A stretch of 63,128 nucleotides of DNA, the filler included, from Choristocarpus tenellus KU-1152 (Eukaryota > Protista > Phaeophyceae), in the NCBI GenBank assembly GCA_964200185.2. It is 10 parts of 10 records of this genome, joined end to end, with 100 filler letters (N's around TTAATTAATTAA, not from the genome) between each part and the next. Parts side by side here need not be neighbours in the genome. Positions count along the whole stretch, not along the records: positions 59,890 to 63,128 come from CAXNAD020021329.1; 9 more parts are not named here. The stretch is one strand, 5' to 3'. Below are positions 63,089-63,128 of the stretch, in pieces (position 1 is the stretch's first letter; every line of letters starts with the position of its first letter). The translations under genes and the position numbers were made by a program. A model generated the notes under the pieces. It was not told where the DNA came from and did no database searches. It saw nothing but the letters and a program-made list of their open reading frames with translations.

Positions 63089-63128
63089 GAGCCAAAGTAT
63101 CTGAGAGGGTAGAGCCACGTCCATTTGG
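63089..63128 (-). mobile_element. MITE family A end at the window edge (another A-like end at 55619-55637)
   Basis: GAGCCAAAGTATCTGAGAGGGTAGAGCCACGTCCATTTGG. Confidence 0.88.

Noticed and set aside
1-63128. tRNA, rRNA, endogenous giant-virus or prokaryotic genes
   Set aside because: None recognised. There are no long intronless gene arrays or viral hallmark motifs; small ncRNAs cannot be excluded by eye.

Overview
Eukaryotic, AT-rich, intron- and repeat-rich DNA. It is most consistent with a photosynthetic stramenopile, probably a brown alga; this is inferred from long spliceosomal introns, signal-peptide-plus-ASAFAP-like leaders, a plant-type quinolinate synthase and abundant interstitial TTAGGG. 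The window is not one locus. It is ten contigs joined by artificial 100-bp linkers (N44-TTAATTAATTAA-N44), so neighbourhood across linkers is meaningless. Genes I could reconstruct by hand: the last 8 exons of quinolinate synthase (minus, 11763-23124, one GC-AG intron); the 5' part of a CRAL-TRIO/Sec14-like gene; a complete 2-exon, probably plastid-targeted 291-aa protein resembling only the N-terminal half of type II 3-dehydroquinate synthase; the last exon of a DEAD-box helicase; and 4 exons of UPF2. The rest is mostly decayed mobile DNA: Ty3/gypsy, Ty1/copia, a tyrosine-recombinase retroelement fragment, the 3' end of an RLE-type LINE, and three MITE families. I see no convincing new multi-gene system. 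The best leads are (i) two MITE families sharing an AAAGTATCT terminal core, with 3-bp non-specific target duplications in family A, (ii) a 40-bp tandem array made of copies of a quinolinate synthase exon end plus its splice donor, (iii) the stand-alone DHQS-II N-domain-like protein, and (iv) an unknown coding exon present as two diverged inverted copies. All homology calls are from motif recognition, not database searches.
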